DNA of 63,878 nucleotides, counting the filler, from Perkinsus chesapeaki ATCC PRA-425 (Eukaryota > Protista > Perkinsozoa): the NCBI GenBank assembly GCA_013115145.1. It is 8 parts of 8 records of this genome, joined end to end, with 100 filler letters (N's around TTAATTAATTAA, not from the genome) between each part and the next. Parts side by side here need not be neighbours in the genome. Positions count along the whole stretch, not along the records: positions 9,237 to 27,624 come from JAAPAO010000663.1; positions 27,725 to 41,478 come from JAAPAO010000776.1; 6 more parts are not named here. One strand, given 5' to 3'. Numbering within the stretch: the first letter of the stretch is position 1; each line of letters starts with the position of its first letter. The notes beneath the pieces were generated by a model. The model searched no databases and was not told the DNA's origin. It saw nothing but the letters and a program-made list of their open reading frames with translations. This document shows, piece after piece, positions 24,408 to 36,414 of the stretch. A program made the translations under genes and the position numbers.

Positions 24408-25122
24408 ATGGCTACATCAGGCGTCTTCGAATCGTTAAAGGCTCGACTAAAGTCGGACGAGCAATGCGTTGAAGTCAGCTGTGATGACTTCGAAGTGAAG
24501 CCAACCGCCGGGATTGTGTAGGTGTGTCCCGGTCCAATCCGCTCTGCATCGCCGCTGCCCGTATCTTAGGTATCCTCCTAACCGTGCCGAAATAGGGAGG
24601 GCCTATTGGCGGTACATCCATAGCCGAGCTCCGCTTGTGGTAAGAGCCTTGGAAGATAAACGCTTACTGTACCTCAGAAATTGCCGGCTGAAAAGAGCAA
24701 CCCGGAGCCCTCCAAGACTCCGAGACCAACGGAGCTGGATTGGTTGACGTCGCTTATTGAAGTGTATCCTTGTCGGCATTGCTCAGACAGCTTCGTGGAC
24801 ATATGCTGCGAGATTCCCCCTCAAGTAAGGTTATGTTGTCTTAGCTGCACTACATCTCCATCGACAGGTTTCATCCAGCGACGATTACACACTGTGGTGG
24901 TGCAAGGCACATGATGCGGTGAATGCCGACTTGAGCAAACCTCTGTAGGCATCTCTTTCATTTGGGCATCCAGTTACCACCAGAACACTGTGGCATGCTC
25001 CATTTCAAGTATTGTCGCATTTCAGGTATGGCAGCAGATGCTCGTCTAGGTTCCTACCGGCTATGCGAGAGGCAGCCAAGAAAGGATTGACGCTAGATGA
25101 ATTCGAATCCCTTACTAAATAA
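24408..25122 (+). CDS. ERV1: Erv1/ALR FAD-dependent sulfhydryl oxidase, multi-exon
   Basis: EIGRAYWRYIH, YPCRHC redox motif, WWCKAHDAVN..L.KP. Confidence 0.85.
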
Positions 25123-25249
25123 TTGCTTCTGTTGTTACTGCTTGAGTTAGCAAAGTCACAGTTGAAGTCGGCAAGTTGTAAGAACGCACGGTTGACGTCA
25201 CATCTCATAGATTAGGCAATACAAAAGTGCCAAATTAGCCGAAAAAGCT

Positions 25250-25676
25250 CTAATGGAGAGAATTCGCCCATACTCCACTGAACCGGTACTCTCGTAGAGA
25301 GTCTTTTGAAAATACATCTCTCGATTACCAGAAGAATCTCCCAAACACTCAAGTGAACTTTGAGATTGTCGCTGGCATGCTGGATGAGATAAGGCTTGCT
25401 AAAGAATATTTATATTAGGTAGCTGCGATTTTTGACGTCCACGTCGACTTCTCTTCGTACGGTGTGTATAAACACGTGAAAGGTAAAATCTAGGCCCACC
25501 ACGCAGTTGAGCTCATTGCTTGGGGCATGGTCGGGACTAAGGCATATTGGTTGGCAGTGAATAGCTGGAATGAAGAATGGTGCCACAAGGGGCTTTTTGG
25601 GATAGCTCTTGGTGAATGTGAAATAGAACTTGATATCCAATATGGGAATCCTAAACTTGAGTCACCTCGACATTGA
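25250..25676 (+). pseudogene. Cathepsin B-like papain protease C-terminal fragment
   Basis: FDVHVDFSSYGVYKH, HAVELIAWG, YWLAVNSWNEEW...GLF motifs; no CGSCW catalytic-Cys exon found upstream. Confidence 0.7.
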
Positions 25677-26726
25677 GGAGTTCCCAGTTAGTGGTCTTGT
25701 GGTGATCGTTGGTGAAGGTCCTAGTCGGTCTTATCAGTCCTATATCTACTTGAACTTATCAACAAATAGGTAGAATGGTCACCTCAGCCTAGACGGTGAC
25801 CCTTGGTAATGTCAGACTGCCAATTATAGAATATTATCAGTGTTTGATGACCCGTCATTTGAGACCTTGGCGGTGATGTGTTGAGTCCGGGAAGGCAAGT
25901 AAATGACAAGCCTAAATATCTCGCACCAAGTTTTCTGGAAGGGCAGAGAGCTTCTGGTAGCATTTGTGCTAAACTGTGCGGACGCATCATGATAAAGCCC
26001 CTACCATACCAATTTAAACGATGCGACCTTACCTTCACTGAAGTTTCTTCAGAGTTCACGGGTAGAGTCTCTTAGTCCAGCTTTAGTTGCTCGTCGATGA
26101 GATTGAGTTGAGAAGGAGACAGTAACCATGAAGGAACCACGCTATTCAGCTCACGAGAGCTCCATGGTGGGGGCGGCGCGATCTTCGGCTAGCGGGTCGC
26201 TAGAAAACCACGCACGCCTTAAAGTACAATGCTACTATTCCTGAGAAGCACTGAGAGGCAAGCAAACAGTGACTCTCCTTTGACGGTCTGGAAATACTTA
26301 GGCGTATTCTGAATATTCTTGACTCGCAAAGCTCAGCCGTCGGCGAGCTCCCACATGGGGACACGGCGAAATCTCGCGCACACGGCCCTCGGCGCCCGCA
26401 AAAATCTACGTTATCGGGATGCATGCGCTTACTGACAACATCTGATCCAAGAGGTCCGTTTCTCTTGACAAGTCAAACCACGTACAAGCAAATGACGGGA
26501 GTAGAGATAGACAATGCGATGAATTGTCTTCCCTTGCAACAGTAGTGTGTGGTAGGTGGTTCCCTCTGTTGTAAGTGGAGGAGCACGCATGAACATAACC
26601 GATTGTGAGGTGTTATGAGAACACTTGTGTGTAGATGAGGTTACCGTAATGCTTTACACACAGGAGGTATTGAGAATACCTAAAGCGATCGCAGTGCTCA
26701 TTTCCTTTGTGGGTGTGTTTACCTCA

Positions 26727-27624
26727 ATGCGACTTCCGCTTATTATCATACTTGCCTTCATATCCATCAGCGCCGCTTTCGAGTTCTTCGTGTATTACAC
26801 TGACCCGAACGAGATCAAGGCCCTGGACCAAGCTTATTTCGACAACCTCTATGATTGCGGTGTAACGGAGCTTATTCTGGGAGGATTCTCTGTCTCCTCG
26901 ACCGGTGAGGTGCGAAACACCTTCGACGACGAGGATCAGTTGCGTATGGCTCGCAAAGCGGCAGATAACCATACAGCAAGAGTCTCCTTCATGGTGACCT
27001 CGGTCCCCTTCATTGATAACATCGGCGCTTACGCAACCTTTATGAAATCCGTCAACTCTGTTCTCGAGAAATACTCTCTAGATGGTGTTAACTTTGATTG
27101 GGAGTTCCCTTCAAGTCACGCCGAGTGGGTGAAGTATCGTGATCTATTGAGTTTAACGAAGAGTTTCGTTGGAAGGAAAGGCAAAAGTGCTTATGTCACA
27201 GTAGCGTGAGTATTGTCTTTCTAGTCGACGCTTTCTTATTGCTACATCTCAGGGTTGGCGGGGCCTATTCGTTATATAAAGATATTGACCTATGTGGGCC
27301 TATAGACATGTGCTTATGGATGGGGTACGATAATCACAACGACCCCAAAGGGCAATCCAACATACCTTGGGTGAAGCGAATGGTTAATCAATGGGTATCC
27401 CGAGACTTGAGCCCCAAGGCCTTCGGACTAGGAGTGAGATATTTATCCTCTGCTTAATGTGAGAACTTTTTAAGGTACCCTTATATGGCGAGAACAGGAA
27501 TGGCACTCAGATGAGATACAGCCAGCTTGTCGCCAATGGAGCTGACCCCAAAGTGTCACGTACCGTGACGCTGCACGCGTCCCGCAAGTCCGTGAAGATG
27601 CAATCTCGCTCGCCCACGGAAGAT
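26727..27624 (+). CDS. Secreted GH18 chitinase-like protein, 3' partial
   Basis: Signal peptide MRLPLIIILAFISISAA; LDGVNFDWEFP motif; WMGYD in the next exon; cut by contig end. Confidence 0.8.
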
Positions 27625-27724
27625 NNNNNNNNNNNNNNNNNNNNNNNNNNNNNNNNNNNNNNNNNNNNTTAATTAATTAANNNNNNNNNNNNNNNNNNNN
27701 NNNNNNNNNNNNNNNNNNNNNNNN

Positions 27725-27791
<67 letters not shown>

Positions 27792-27821
27792 CCTCTGGGC
27801 CTCTCATGTAACATTACTTAG

Positions 27822-28267
27822 CTTTTTATTTCTGTGTTCTACCTTGCTAGGCACACGCACCTACCGCTTCGTATTCGGTTGGTTTCTTTGCACTCAGGTC
27901 TCGAGTTACTTATCTGTATTTCTATCTAACTAGTACCTTTAACTGAGTAGCAATCAAACCATCGAGAATAACTAGTTTAATACGATGGTATTTAGACCGG
28001 TCGTTCGAAAGGATCGAATACCTCCTATCGATAATGCTTTCAGTCTTTTGCTACTAGTGCGTCAATACTAGCGACCTGACAATTGCTGACCTTAACTTCC
28101 TCTGACTTTGATACTATGAGATCAAATGTAAAGATTCTAATACGTAAGCTACGTGTTTTCGGGTTGCAACTTGCATTAGGGAATCCAGTACTCCTCTTGG
28201 GCACACGTCGCTGTTGTAACTGATGGTAATTGTGTTTGGTTACGTTGTGCATCATTCACACAAGTAC
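27822..28267. repeat. ~440-bp direct repeat, copy 1
   Basis: Near-identical to 30849-31279 (two substitutions seen over the AACTGAGTAGC...CACAAGTAC part). Confidence 0.93.
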
Positions 28268-30576
28268 CTCAACTCACGGGGGAAGCTACCGTCTTAACTT
28301 TTGGTGTCTGGGCCGGTGAACTTATGGCTGTTGCCTCCGTTGGTGGAGGATTCATCTCCGAATATGATAACTGCACTTGTCAGAATTCTCCCAGTCATCA
28401 TACCGGTTATTGGGCAACATTTGCCCAAATGATTTGGGCAAGCCGAGCCCTCGAAGAAAGCTGAGAACTGTTGGTTAAACAAGCCGGTATCCTTCTCCAG
28501 CGGTGAACTAGCTGACCTTCATGGGGTCGTAGACTCCGCAACCCACCTGGGACAGGATGCTCTAGCATGACAGTTCTACGTCATTCATCCCAAGGAGCAT
28601 CCGAATGTATGGGCAGTGAGCAAAGGGCGACTATTCATAAGGGGATTGTGAGGTATAAAAGCTGGACCGATATGAAAGTGAATCTACAGTTTCTTAGCCA
28701 CGACTACTGCCCCGCTTATGGTAATGGCTTCAGTTAAGGAGAGTTGGCCCTTACTTTTCTGGCGTGGCATTATGTATGCCACAGACTCTGTGGCACAGAG
28801 ACACTTGCCACCTTAGTCCAAATCTTAGACGGTCTAAGTTAGACCTTGAATTATTGTTATGCTCTATCTTGATTAGTGGTTCTTGATAGCTACCATGCGC
28901 TCCAAGGTTTTGAAGTTTTCTGAAGCTTGATAGGAAAACGCGTTGTTAAAGCCCCGGAGCATGGCAGTGCTTCTGTCCGCGATATCTATCTTTTTTACTT
29001 GATTTCACGTGTATTTCCGATTGTAGCCAAGAAGCACGCAAATACGTGACATAAATTTAATTGGGTGACTAGGATCGCTGTTCTCTTCGATCCTTACATT
29101 GCCATCTCCGTTGTTCACACTCGAGAAGACTGTGTTTGGTTTCTTATGAGATAGAGTAGCATCAACAGGTACATTGCAGAAACTCAACCGTCTTTCGGGG
29201 CGGTTTCCTTGCAAGTCCTTAGTGGAAATCTATTGTAATTATGACTGAGTGGTCGAGCTGATAGTGGCTAACAGAACGCGCCGACGTCGTCGGAATATTC
29301 ACAGTCCGGCGAAACACAGCAGAACTTGAATCGTTGCATTCTTCCGCGCGATAGCAGAAGATGACCCATCATTAGCGAGCGCGAAGCTTCTAACCTTGCT
29401 GCACTAGGTGAACCATAGCAGGAATGGTTAGAGACTACAACACATACACGTCGTAAATTGGGGCTCATAACTGAACTCTTCAGGGGAGCCATTTAGACAA
29501 AGTTCATGCAACATAATTTGGAAGCCATCTTGCTAAGCTTTGTCTTCACCGCAAGCTTCTAATCCAGCCGCAACCGTTGCGCTAGAAAGGGACTCTTGCT
29601 GAAAGGCAATGCGTATTATAAATGTTTGATAGCATTGAATCACTGTTATCAAGCATGTGACAGGGGCTGGGACTGCTCCACAGGATAACCAGCCGAATAG
29701 CCAGGCCATCTGATTCGGGTGGTATCGTCCTGGTACAGTCGGACTGTATCAGTCTTCATGAGCTGACCATAGAACGAGAATCATCAGCCCTATTGTAAAA
29801 TAACCGGGGGCTGGTCAGACTTCTGGCGAACAACAATCTGGCAGCACATTTGGGCCGTTATCTCGTTTCATCTGATTAGCGCCATACACTGCAGCAGATC
29901 CCGTAATGGCGCGAGGCTCCACCTGGTTGGGTACAATCTCGGTTGGGAGAAAGGTGAAAGAAACCAGGGAGTTAGGGTGTATCCTACATATAGCAACTGA
30001 TAGGGAAGATGGCACTCTTAATAGTATCACCTTCATTGCCTGCAAGTCGGAGGCGAGCCAACCTATTGCAGCATCTTCCTCAATTTAGTGTCCGAGTGCG
30101 CTCCTTGGGTTTGCACACAGCCTCCTTCAGAGGTGCAAACTCGGCAACGTGGATCTGTCATGTACGCTCGACACAACTTGGTGGCGAGCTATTGCTGTGG
30201 TTTAACCCTCTGACTTCAAAGAACAGCTGAGCTTCGATGTGTGATTCGCATAGTGTGAGTTACTAGTATACCTTTCGTGGATAGAGGCTCCATCCACTCT
30301 ATCATGGAGCAAGGGCATACGTGTACACGCATATCCACAGACCATTGCTCCACGACCTCCGGACCATGGTAATGCGCCCCTTGTTCACCCCTATCAGTTT
30401 CGACCTCAGATGAACGCGTAATGATATGCGTTTTCTCCACTGTGGAGAAGGGCGTTCCCTTGCGCCCATCCCTTGATGAAACTGGTGTGTTGATCGACTA
30501 TGGAGTGATTCGATTCTCTCTTCGTGAGCCAGCGTAGCCAGAAGTATGGGAATAATGTCAGTCATTTAATCCATCG

Positions 30577-30795
30577 ATGACTCTGATCGTACGTATCTGC
30601 TGGACCATCTTATTCATTCTTGCCGGTGCCTTTGCTGATATGTGTGGCGGCTGCCCGGGAGGCGGGACTTGTGTCTGCGTTGGTGGGCATTGCAGTACTA
30701 CTATGGAGGAGTGCGATTATGATGACTCTGCTCCCTGCGATGGTGTCTGCGAATGTGACTACTACGACTGCGAATGGCCAGACCCACCACTCTGA
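30577..30795 (+). CDS. Small secreted cysteine-rich peptide (72 aa, 10 Cys in mature part)
   Basis: Hydrophobic signal ending AFA; mature DMCGGCPGGGTCVCVGGHC...CDYDDSAPCDGVCECDYYDC. Confidence 0.7.
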   Translation: MTLIVRICWTILFILAGAFADMCGGCPGGGTCVCVGGHCSTTMEECDYDDSAPCDGVCECDYYDCEWPDPPL

Positions 30796-30848
30796 CCCAG
30801 AGGCTCAGGGCCTATCATATAACATGACTTGATTACGTTACATCACGG

Positions 30849-31279
30849 CCTTTTTTACTTCTGTGTTCTACCTTGCTAGGCACACAAGCATCTGCCGATT
30901 CGTATTCGGTTGGTTTCATTGAACTCAGGTTTCGAGTTACTTCAGTATCATTAACTGAGTAGCAATCAAACCATCGAGAATAACTAGTTTAATACGATGG
31001 TATTTGGACCGGTCGTTCGAAAGGATCGAATACCTCCTATCGATAATGCTTTCAGTCTTTTGCTACTAGTGCGTCAATACTAGCGACCTGACAATTGCTG
31101 ACCTTAACTTCCTCTGACTTTGATACTATGAGATCAAATGTAAAGATTCTAATACGTAAGCTACGTGTTTTCGGGCTGCAACTTGCATTAGGGAATCCAG
31201 TACTCCTCTTGGGCACACGTCGCTGTTGTAACTGATGGTAATTGTGTTTGGTTACGTTGTGCATCATTCACACAAGTAC
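30849..31279. repeat. ~430-bp direct repeat, copy 2
   Basis: See copy 1; lies directly downstream of the Cys-rich peptide gene. Confidence 0.93.
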
Positions 31280-31290
31280 ATTAGCTCGTA

Positions 31291-31322
<32 letters not shown>

Positions 31323-31505
31323 GGCATCATTTTCAAACTGCAACATGCATTGAGGGATCTAGAACCCCATATTAAGGCCGGAAGAATAGCTTATCGCTCT
31401 CTGTGGGGATGTACCGCAGAGAGAGTATCCCGGAAGGAGTCGACTCCCAAGTTAACGCAAGAATCAAAACAAAGAAACAATTGTCTTAACATTTAGTTAC
31501 ATTAT

Positions 31506-32759
31506 TTATTTTTCCTTCTCCTTAATAAGCCGTTTAACTTCCTTTATTTCATCCCTCAACCACTTCTTCCGATCCTCGTCCCCCTCCCCAGAGTCCAATT
31601 CCGTCTGATACTGTTCGAGCTCCAGCTGCAGCACTGCCATGTCTGCTTCATCATCGGCTATTTCCGGCAGGGGGTCGAATTTGATCGCCTCCTGGAAGGC
31701 CCTTGCTCGCTCCACCTGCTCCCGATACGTCTTGGTCACTTCATCAATAAGATCCTGCTTTGCCTTATCCTGCATTTCATCTCCACCACCATGAATCTCA
31801 AAGAGCGCGGAGAGCAATCTAGAGACATCGTTCACGCTGCAGCCCGAGAGCCTCTTTTCGGCATCTGTCCGACCGACACCGTTATTGACAAAGTCGTCGA
31901 TCGCAGCATCACACTTGACGTTTACTTCTTCACTAAACGGGTGCTCTGGCGAGTCCAGCAGGCCGAGAACGTCTCGACAAGTGTCAATAATAAACTGCCT
32001 GCTCACACCTTGCCTGCGCCTGTTGTCTTCGTAAAGGAACCAAGTCGATAAAGTATCCATCATCTCCTGGTTGAGGCTGGCATGGTCCACTTTAGTTTCT
32101 AGTTCCGCTTGGGAAGGCCCCGGAGGAGGGTACAAAGGCCATTGCTCATACCGCTCCTTTAGCAACTCTTTGGTGCGGTCGATGTCGAAATTTGCTTTAT
32201 AAAAGTAATAACTCACATAAAGGATACCAATAGAGCCGACGGTAGAGAGGAGCATCTTCGGACCTGCCCAGAAGTCTGGCTCATTCTTATTTGAATCCTC
32301 GGAGCTCTTATTAGTAGAGCTAGAGGTGTCAGAATCTGCCTTAGTAGAGCTAGAGGTGTCAGAATCTGCCTTAGTAGAGCTAGAGGTGTCAGAATCTGCC
32401 TTAGTAGAGGTAGAGGTGCCAGAGTCTGCCTTAGTAGAGCTGGAGGTGTCAGAATCTGCCTTAGTAGAGCTAGAGGTGTCAGAGTCTGCCTTAGTAGAGC
32501 TAGAGGTGTCAGAATCTGCCTTAGTACTGGTAGAGGCACCAGAAAGATCTGCTGCAGCCTTAATAGAGCTGGAGGTATCAGATACTTCAGTGGTAGTAGA
32601 TGACTTTGTACAGAACATAGCCGCTGTTGATTGTTGTAATGTTATAAACTGCTTCCCTCGCCTCTGTACAGCGTGCGTAGCTATAACGCCGGTAGTATTA
32701 CTCAGCACCTGCAATGGCCTACTCAATAGGCCTATCTTACTAGGGACGACGCCAACCAT
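31506..32759 (-). CDS. Hypothetical single-pass protein with mitochondrial-presequence-like N-terminus and (TKADSDTSSS)7 repeat
   Basis: 417-aa intronless ORF; Arg/Leu/Ser/Thr-rich acid-free N-terminus, one TM segment (LLSTVGSIGILYVSYYFY), acidic coiled C-terminus. Confidence 0.75.
   Translation of the reverse strand: MVGVVPSKIGLLSRPLQVLSNTTGVIATHAVQRRGKQFITLQQSTAAMFCTKSSTTTEVSDTSSSIKAAADLSGASTSTKADSDTSSSTKADSDTSSSTKADSDTSSSTKADSGTSTSTKADSDTSSSTKADSDTSSSTKADSDTSSSTNKSSEDSNKNEPDFWAGPKMLLSTVGSIGILYVSYYFYKANFDIDRTKELLKERYEQWPLYPPPGPSQAELETKVDHASLNQEMMDTLSTWFLYEDNRRRQGVSRQFIIDTCRDVLGLLDSPEHPFSEEVNVKCDAAIDDFVNNGVGRTDAEKRLSGCSVNDVSRLLSALFEIHGGGDEMQDKAKQDLIDEVTKTYREQVERARAFQEAIKFDPLPEIADDEADMAVLQLELEQYQTELDSGEGDEDRKKWLRDEIKEVKRLIKEKEK
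32311..32545. repeat. 30-bp coding tandem repeat, 7 full units plus a partial
   Basis: TTAGTAGAGCTAGAGGTGTCAGAATCTGCC every 30 bp from 32311. Confidence 0.95.
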
Positions 32760-33335
32760 ATTTAACCAGTAGCAGGCTTACCACCAATTCCCACCATGGT
32801 TCTTCGGGCGCGCGCGTAGTTTCGTGGCGCGTGACATTGGCCCACCTAGCGGATCTATTCTTCTCTGTTAGTTTCTGTGGTGGTTCAGATAACGTGGAAG
32901 TCGGTCAGTCGATTAGCGAATTCTCAGCGGTAGCCTTCGAGGTGTTGATTGCCTGTATAGTCGATTTGTCTTGAGGTCAGGATCGGCACGGAAATGGCTG
33001 GAGCCTGGAGTCCAGTTTGATAATGTTCAGAATGATAATTGGGTCGGATGTAGGCTTTTATTAGAATACTAATACGTGGGACATCTACACCCATCAGTGT
33101 CTCTGTATGCTCCATTGTGACTAGTGCTGTCCTGTGGGGTACTTCGGTTGGTAGGAGTATGTTATCGAGTCTAGCAGCAGCGGCTAATCGATTCTGTTGT
33201 TGAACAGCGATCTTATTGTGAAGCATCATTAGTATCTTAGCTTGATGCTAGGTTATCATCTTCGACCTACAGTTAATCAGTGGTCATATAACATTTGTTA
33301 TTGTCGTATTCCTTATTCAGTTTCCTTCCTCTTTA

Positions 33336-35342
33336 ATGTCTATTAATATCACTTTCAAGGTCTCCGGCGGCACGTCCTTCGATCAGGCCTTCGAACCCGA
33401 TACAACTATTGGTGATGTCAAGAAAGGTTGTGTCGAGAAGTCTGGGGTCCCAGCCGAGCAGCAAAGGCTAATCTATAAGGGTCGGATCCTCAAGGATGCT
33501 GATACCATTTCACAACACAAAATTGAAAGCGGCCATACCATCCATTTGGTCAAAGGTGCAGCTCCGGCCGGCAGTGCTCCGGCCAAGGCCCCTGCTCCGA
33601 GCAACCCAGAGCCCGCAGCGACAACTACGCCAGCATCGACGGCAACCCCGGCAGCAGCTCCCACCTCAGCTGCTCCGACACCCGCGCCTGGCCCTACTAG
33701 CGACTATATGCAGCAAGCGATGGCTCAGGCGATGGCACAAGGGGCTGGCATGGGAGGCATGGGAGCTGGCATGAATGCTATGATGCAGGATCCACAAGTT
33801 ATGTCACAGATGATGCAAAGTCCTATGGTCCAGCAAGCCATGCAGGTAGCGGGGATCGAACCTGGGCGGTTGGGTTGTTAGTGCTCATTAGGCTATGTCG
33901 GAGAACCCTCAGTTGTTGCAGCAGATGATGGCATCCAATCCGATGATGCAGCAGATGATGGTGAGGCTGCGTCGCTCCGCTGTGAACTTGATATTTTTCG
34001 TCATCAGGCACAAAACCCCCAAATGGCCGCTATTATGTCCAACCCCGACCTATTGAGATTCTTGATGAACCCTCAGACGATGCAAGCTATGATGCAGCTC
34101 AATCAGGCCATGGTGACGTCTGGCGGGCCGCCTTCGGGGATGCTTTGGACTGTGTTTTGGTCAGGCTGGCTCTCAGCAGCAGCAACAAGCTGGTCACGCC
34201 CCAGCTGCTCCGGCTGCCGCCCCTCCATCGATGCCCGCTGCCCCACCGGTCAGCCCTCAAGGAGCCGCTGGAGCTCCTACAGGTAGTGGGTGGGATAGGA
34301 GGAGTTTTGGTAGTGTGTTGGTAGGCCCGGCCACGTCTGGTCAGCCTGACTATGCTGCTATGATGCAGGCGATGCAGAGCAACCCTATGATGGCTCAGAT
34401 GCTGGGTAAGATAGGAGAATAGAGTGATAATGGTAGATCAGTGTGTGGCATATCTTGTACACGAGGGACATCCAACCTTCTCAGATGCATTCGGGTTTGC
34501 TTATTATTAGCATAGAAATATTATACATTTACTGTCAAGCTCTACATCGTATCTGTTCGATAGGGACAGGTCGTGTGAGGCTAGACGCTCCTCTAAGTAG
34601 TTGAGATCAATACGTATGCGGCTAACTGCAACCAGTCAGGTAGCATCAATGAGATGCTGTGATGGGTTTAGTGGCCTCGGGAAACAGTAGTAGCGCTGAA
34701 AGGCATAGTACCGTTGGGTCGCGACTCCAACGCCGCTGCGGCCTACTCATCGAAGGCTGCGCAAGAAGGGGTTATTTTTGGGCTTTGTCGAATATAGTTT
34801 TTATGTTGCATTATTATATACCGAATCCATCCGGTATGATCGGCAGTCGTGCTTATATAAAACAGGGAAGTAGGTCTAGAAGGAGATGTGATGTGAAATG
34901 CCAGTATTGGGGACTTCTCACGGAACCTCCACCGGTATTGTTTTTGGGGATTTAATTGGTCTCCGATAGACTAATGCATATCACCCTTGCCTTCTTATCG
35001 ACCTCTGTTCCTCTTTTATATGGAAGGGGCTGTATAGACTGGACGAATTCCGAGCTGTTATGTTAATGTATTGTTGACTGTGTGAGCGTTATTGTCCTTT
35101 TTTCAGCTGGAGGCGGAGCTGGAGCCATACCACCACCAAACCAGGCCGAGCTCGAACAGAGATACTCCAGCCAGTTGGAAACACTGCGCTCCATGGGTTT
35201 TGTTGATACGTAGGCTTGATGGTTTTGGAAGGTGTGATTATGTAATCATTTCAGGGCTGCCAATTTGGAGGCTCTTCGAGTGTGCGATGGTAACGTGGAG
35301 CTTGCTGTGAACTACCTGTTTGATATGGGCGCCGGAAACTAG
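33336..35342 (+). CDS. DSK2: Ubiquilin/Dsk2 (UBL-STI1-UBA), multi-exon
   Basis: UBL (QQRLIYKGRILKD...HTIHLV), M/Q/N-rich STI1 repeats, UBA (QLETLRSMGF...ANLEALRVCDGNVELAVNYLF). Confidence 0.9.
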
Positions 35343-35411
35343 GGCACTATTTTCATTAGAAACAACACAAACCATTTTCCTGTATGTCAGCTGAGATGCG
35401 TTCGAAGTCAA

Positions 35412-36414
35412 TCAGCGGGGTTGGATAGTGCGCACTGTGAAGAATTTGAATTCATATGCTGTTCGCTTCTCGAGGGGGTCAGCCTGAACAGAAGGCATCG
35501 GAATCGAGTAAGAGACAACTGGTTTAATGAACAGATGGCACGAGACCAGGTCGCACATTGGCAGCAGCCCCGGCAGCGGCGGTGGAGCCCCCGGCTTTGG
35601 CCAGGCAACGCTCCTTGTCCCCCGCAGGAGGAGGTACTGCGGTAAAATCGTTGTCGGCCATAATACTGCAGGGCCGTCTGCATCATCACCGCGAAGGGCA
35701 TCGGGGAAGGTTGGGCCGCTGCAGGCCAAAGCGGCGGCTACGGAGTTTGTTCTTTGCATCAGCGGTTCGATCGATGGAGCGAAAGTGAGCTGCGAACAGA
35801 TGGTCTGTTGGATAACCCCCGATAGGTGGGAGCGGTCGGCTACGGCCCGTTGGCGGTCTCTTACGCCTTCCACAGCGCCACGCCGGACTGGACATTGGTA
35901 GACTAGCAGCGCGGATAAGCGGATCGATTATTAACCCGAAGGTTCATGGTTCGATCCAAGGCTGCAGTCAATATTCCCACCCGCAAATTGGTGGCAGCAT
36001 CCTTGGCAGTGTAGCTGGGGTGCATACAGACGACCTCGTTTGGAATCTTCCTATTGGTCTCACATATCGATCCAGCAATCCCCACGGTTGGCCTCGGTAC
36101 TGCACCACATGTGTTGCGAAGGAGGCAGTTAAGCTGTCAGATTAATACTAACAATTGAAGGAGACGATTGGCTCGGCCGACGAGTCGTTGTTGGGTATGC
36201 TGTAGTTACAGTCCCGACATCACCAGGTTACTCGTTGAGGGATGCCATCTTGGTAGCGGTCATTGTCAGGGCGCCATGTGCGGACTTCGTTCGTATATCG
36301 ACCATGCAATAGCAATTGGCAATCGAGAGTGATGGGGTGGTTGATGGGCAGTCCCCCTAGACTCAAGGACCCCAGGGTTCTCGCTGGGAATGATGGCCGG
36401 GATGGTGAGTCCAC
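35412..36414 (-). CDS. Hypothetical protein (unrecognised, probably multi-exon)
   Basis: Several GC-rich minus-strand frames converging on the ubiquilin 3' end; no motif recognised. Confidence 0.25.

Noticed and set aside
27725-27790. 66-nt poly-C tract
   Set aside because: At a contig edge; likely low-quality sequence.
29523-29537. AGCCATCTTGCTAAG resembling a relict spliced leader (also TTGAGCCAAGA near 54490)
   Set aside because: Only 10-11 nt match, with no donor site, promoter boxes or downstream gene; compatible with chance.
28280-30500. Possible degenerate gene or LTR-element interior between the 440-bp repeats
   Set aside because: All frames are interrupted, no gag/pol motif, and the repeats lack TG..CA ends or a PBS.
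32213-32772. Alternative-frame and antisense ORFs over the 30-bp repeat
   Set aside because: Shadows of the repeat in the 417-aa gene.
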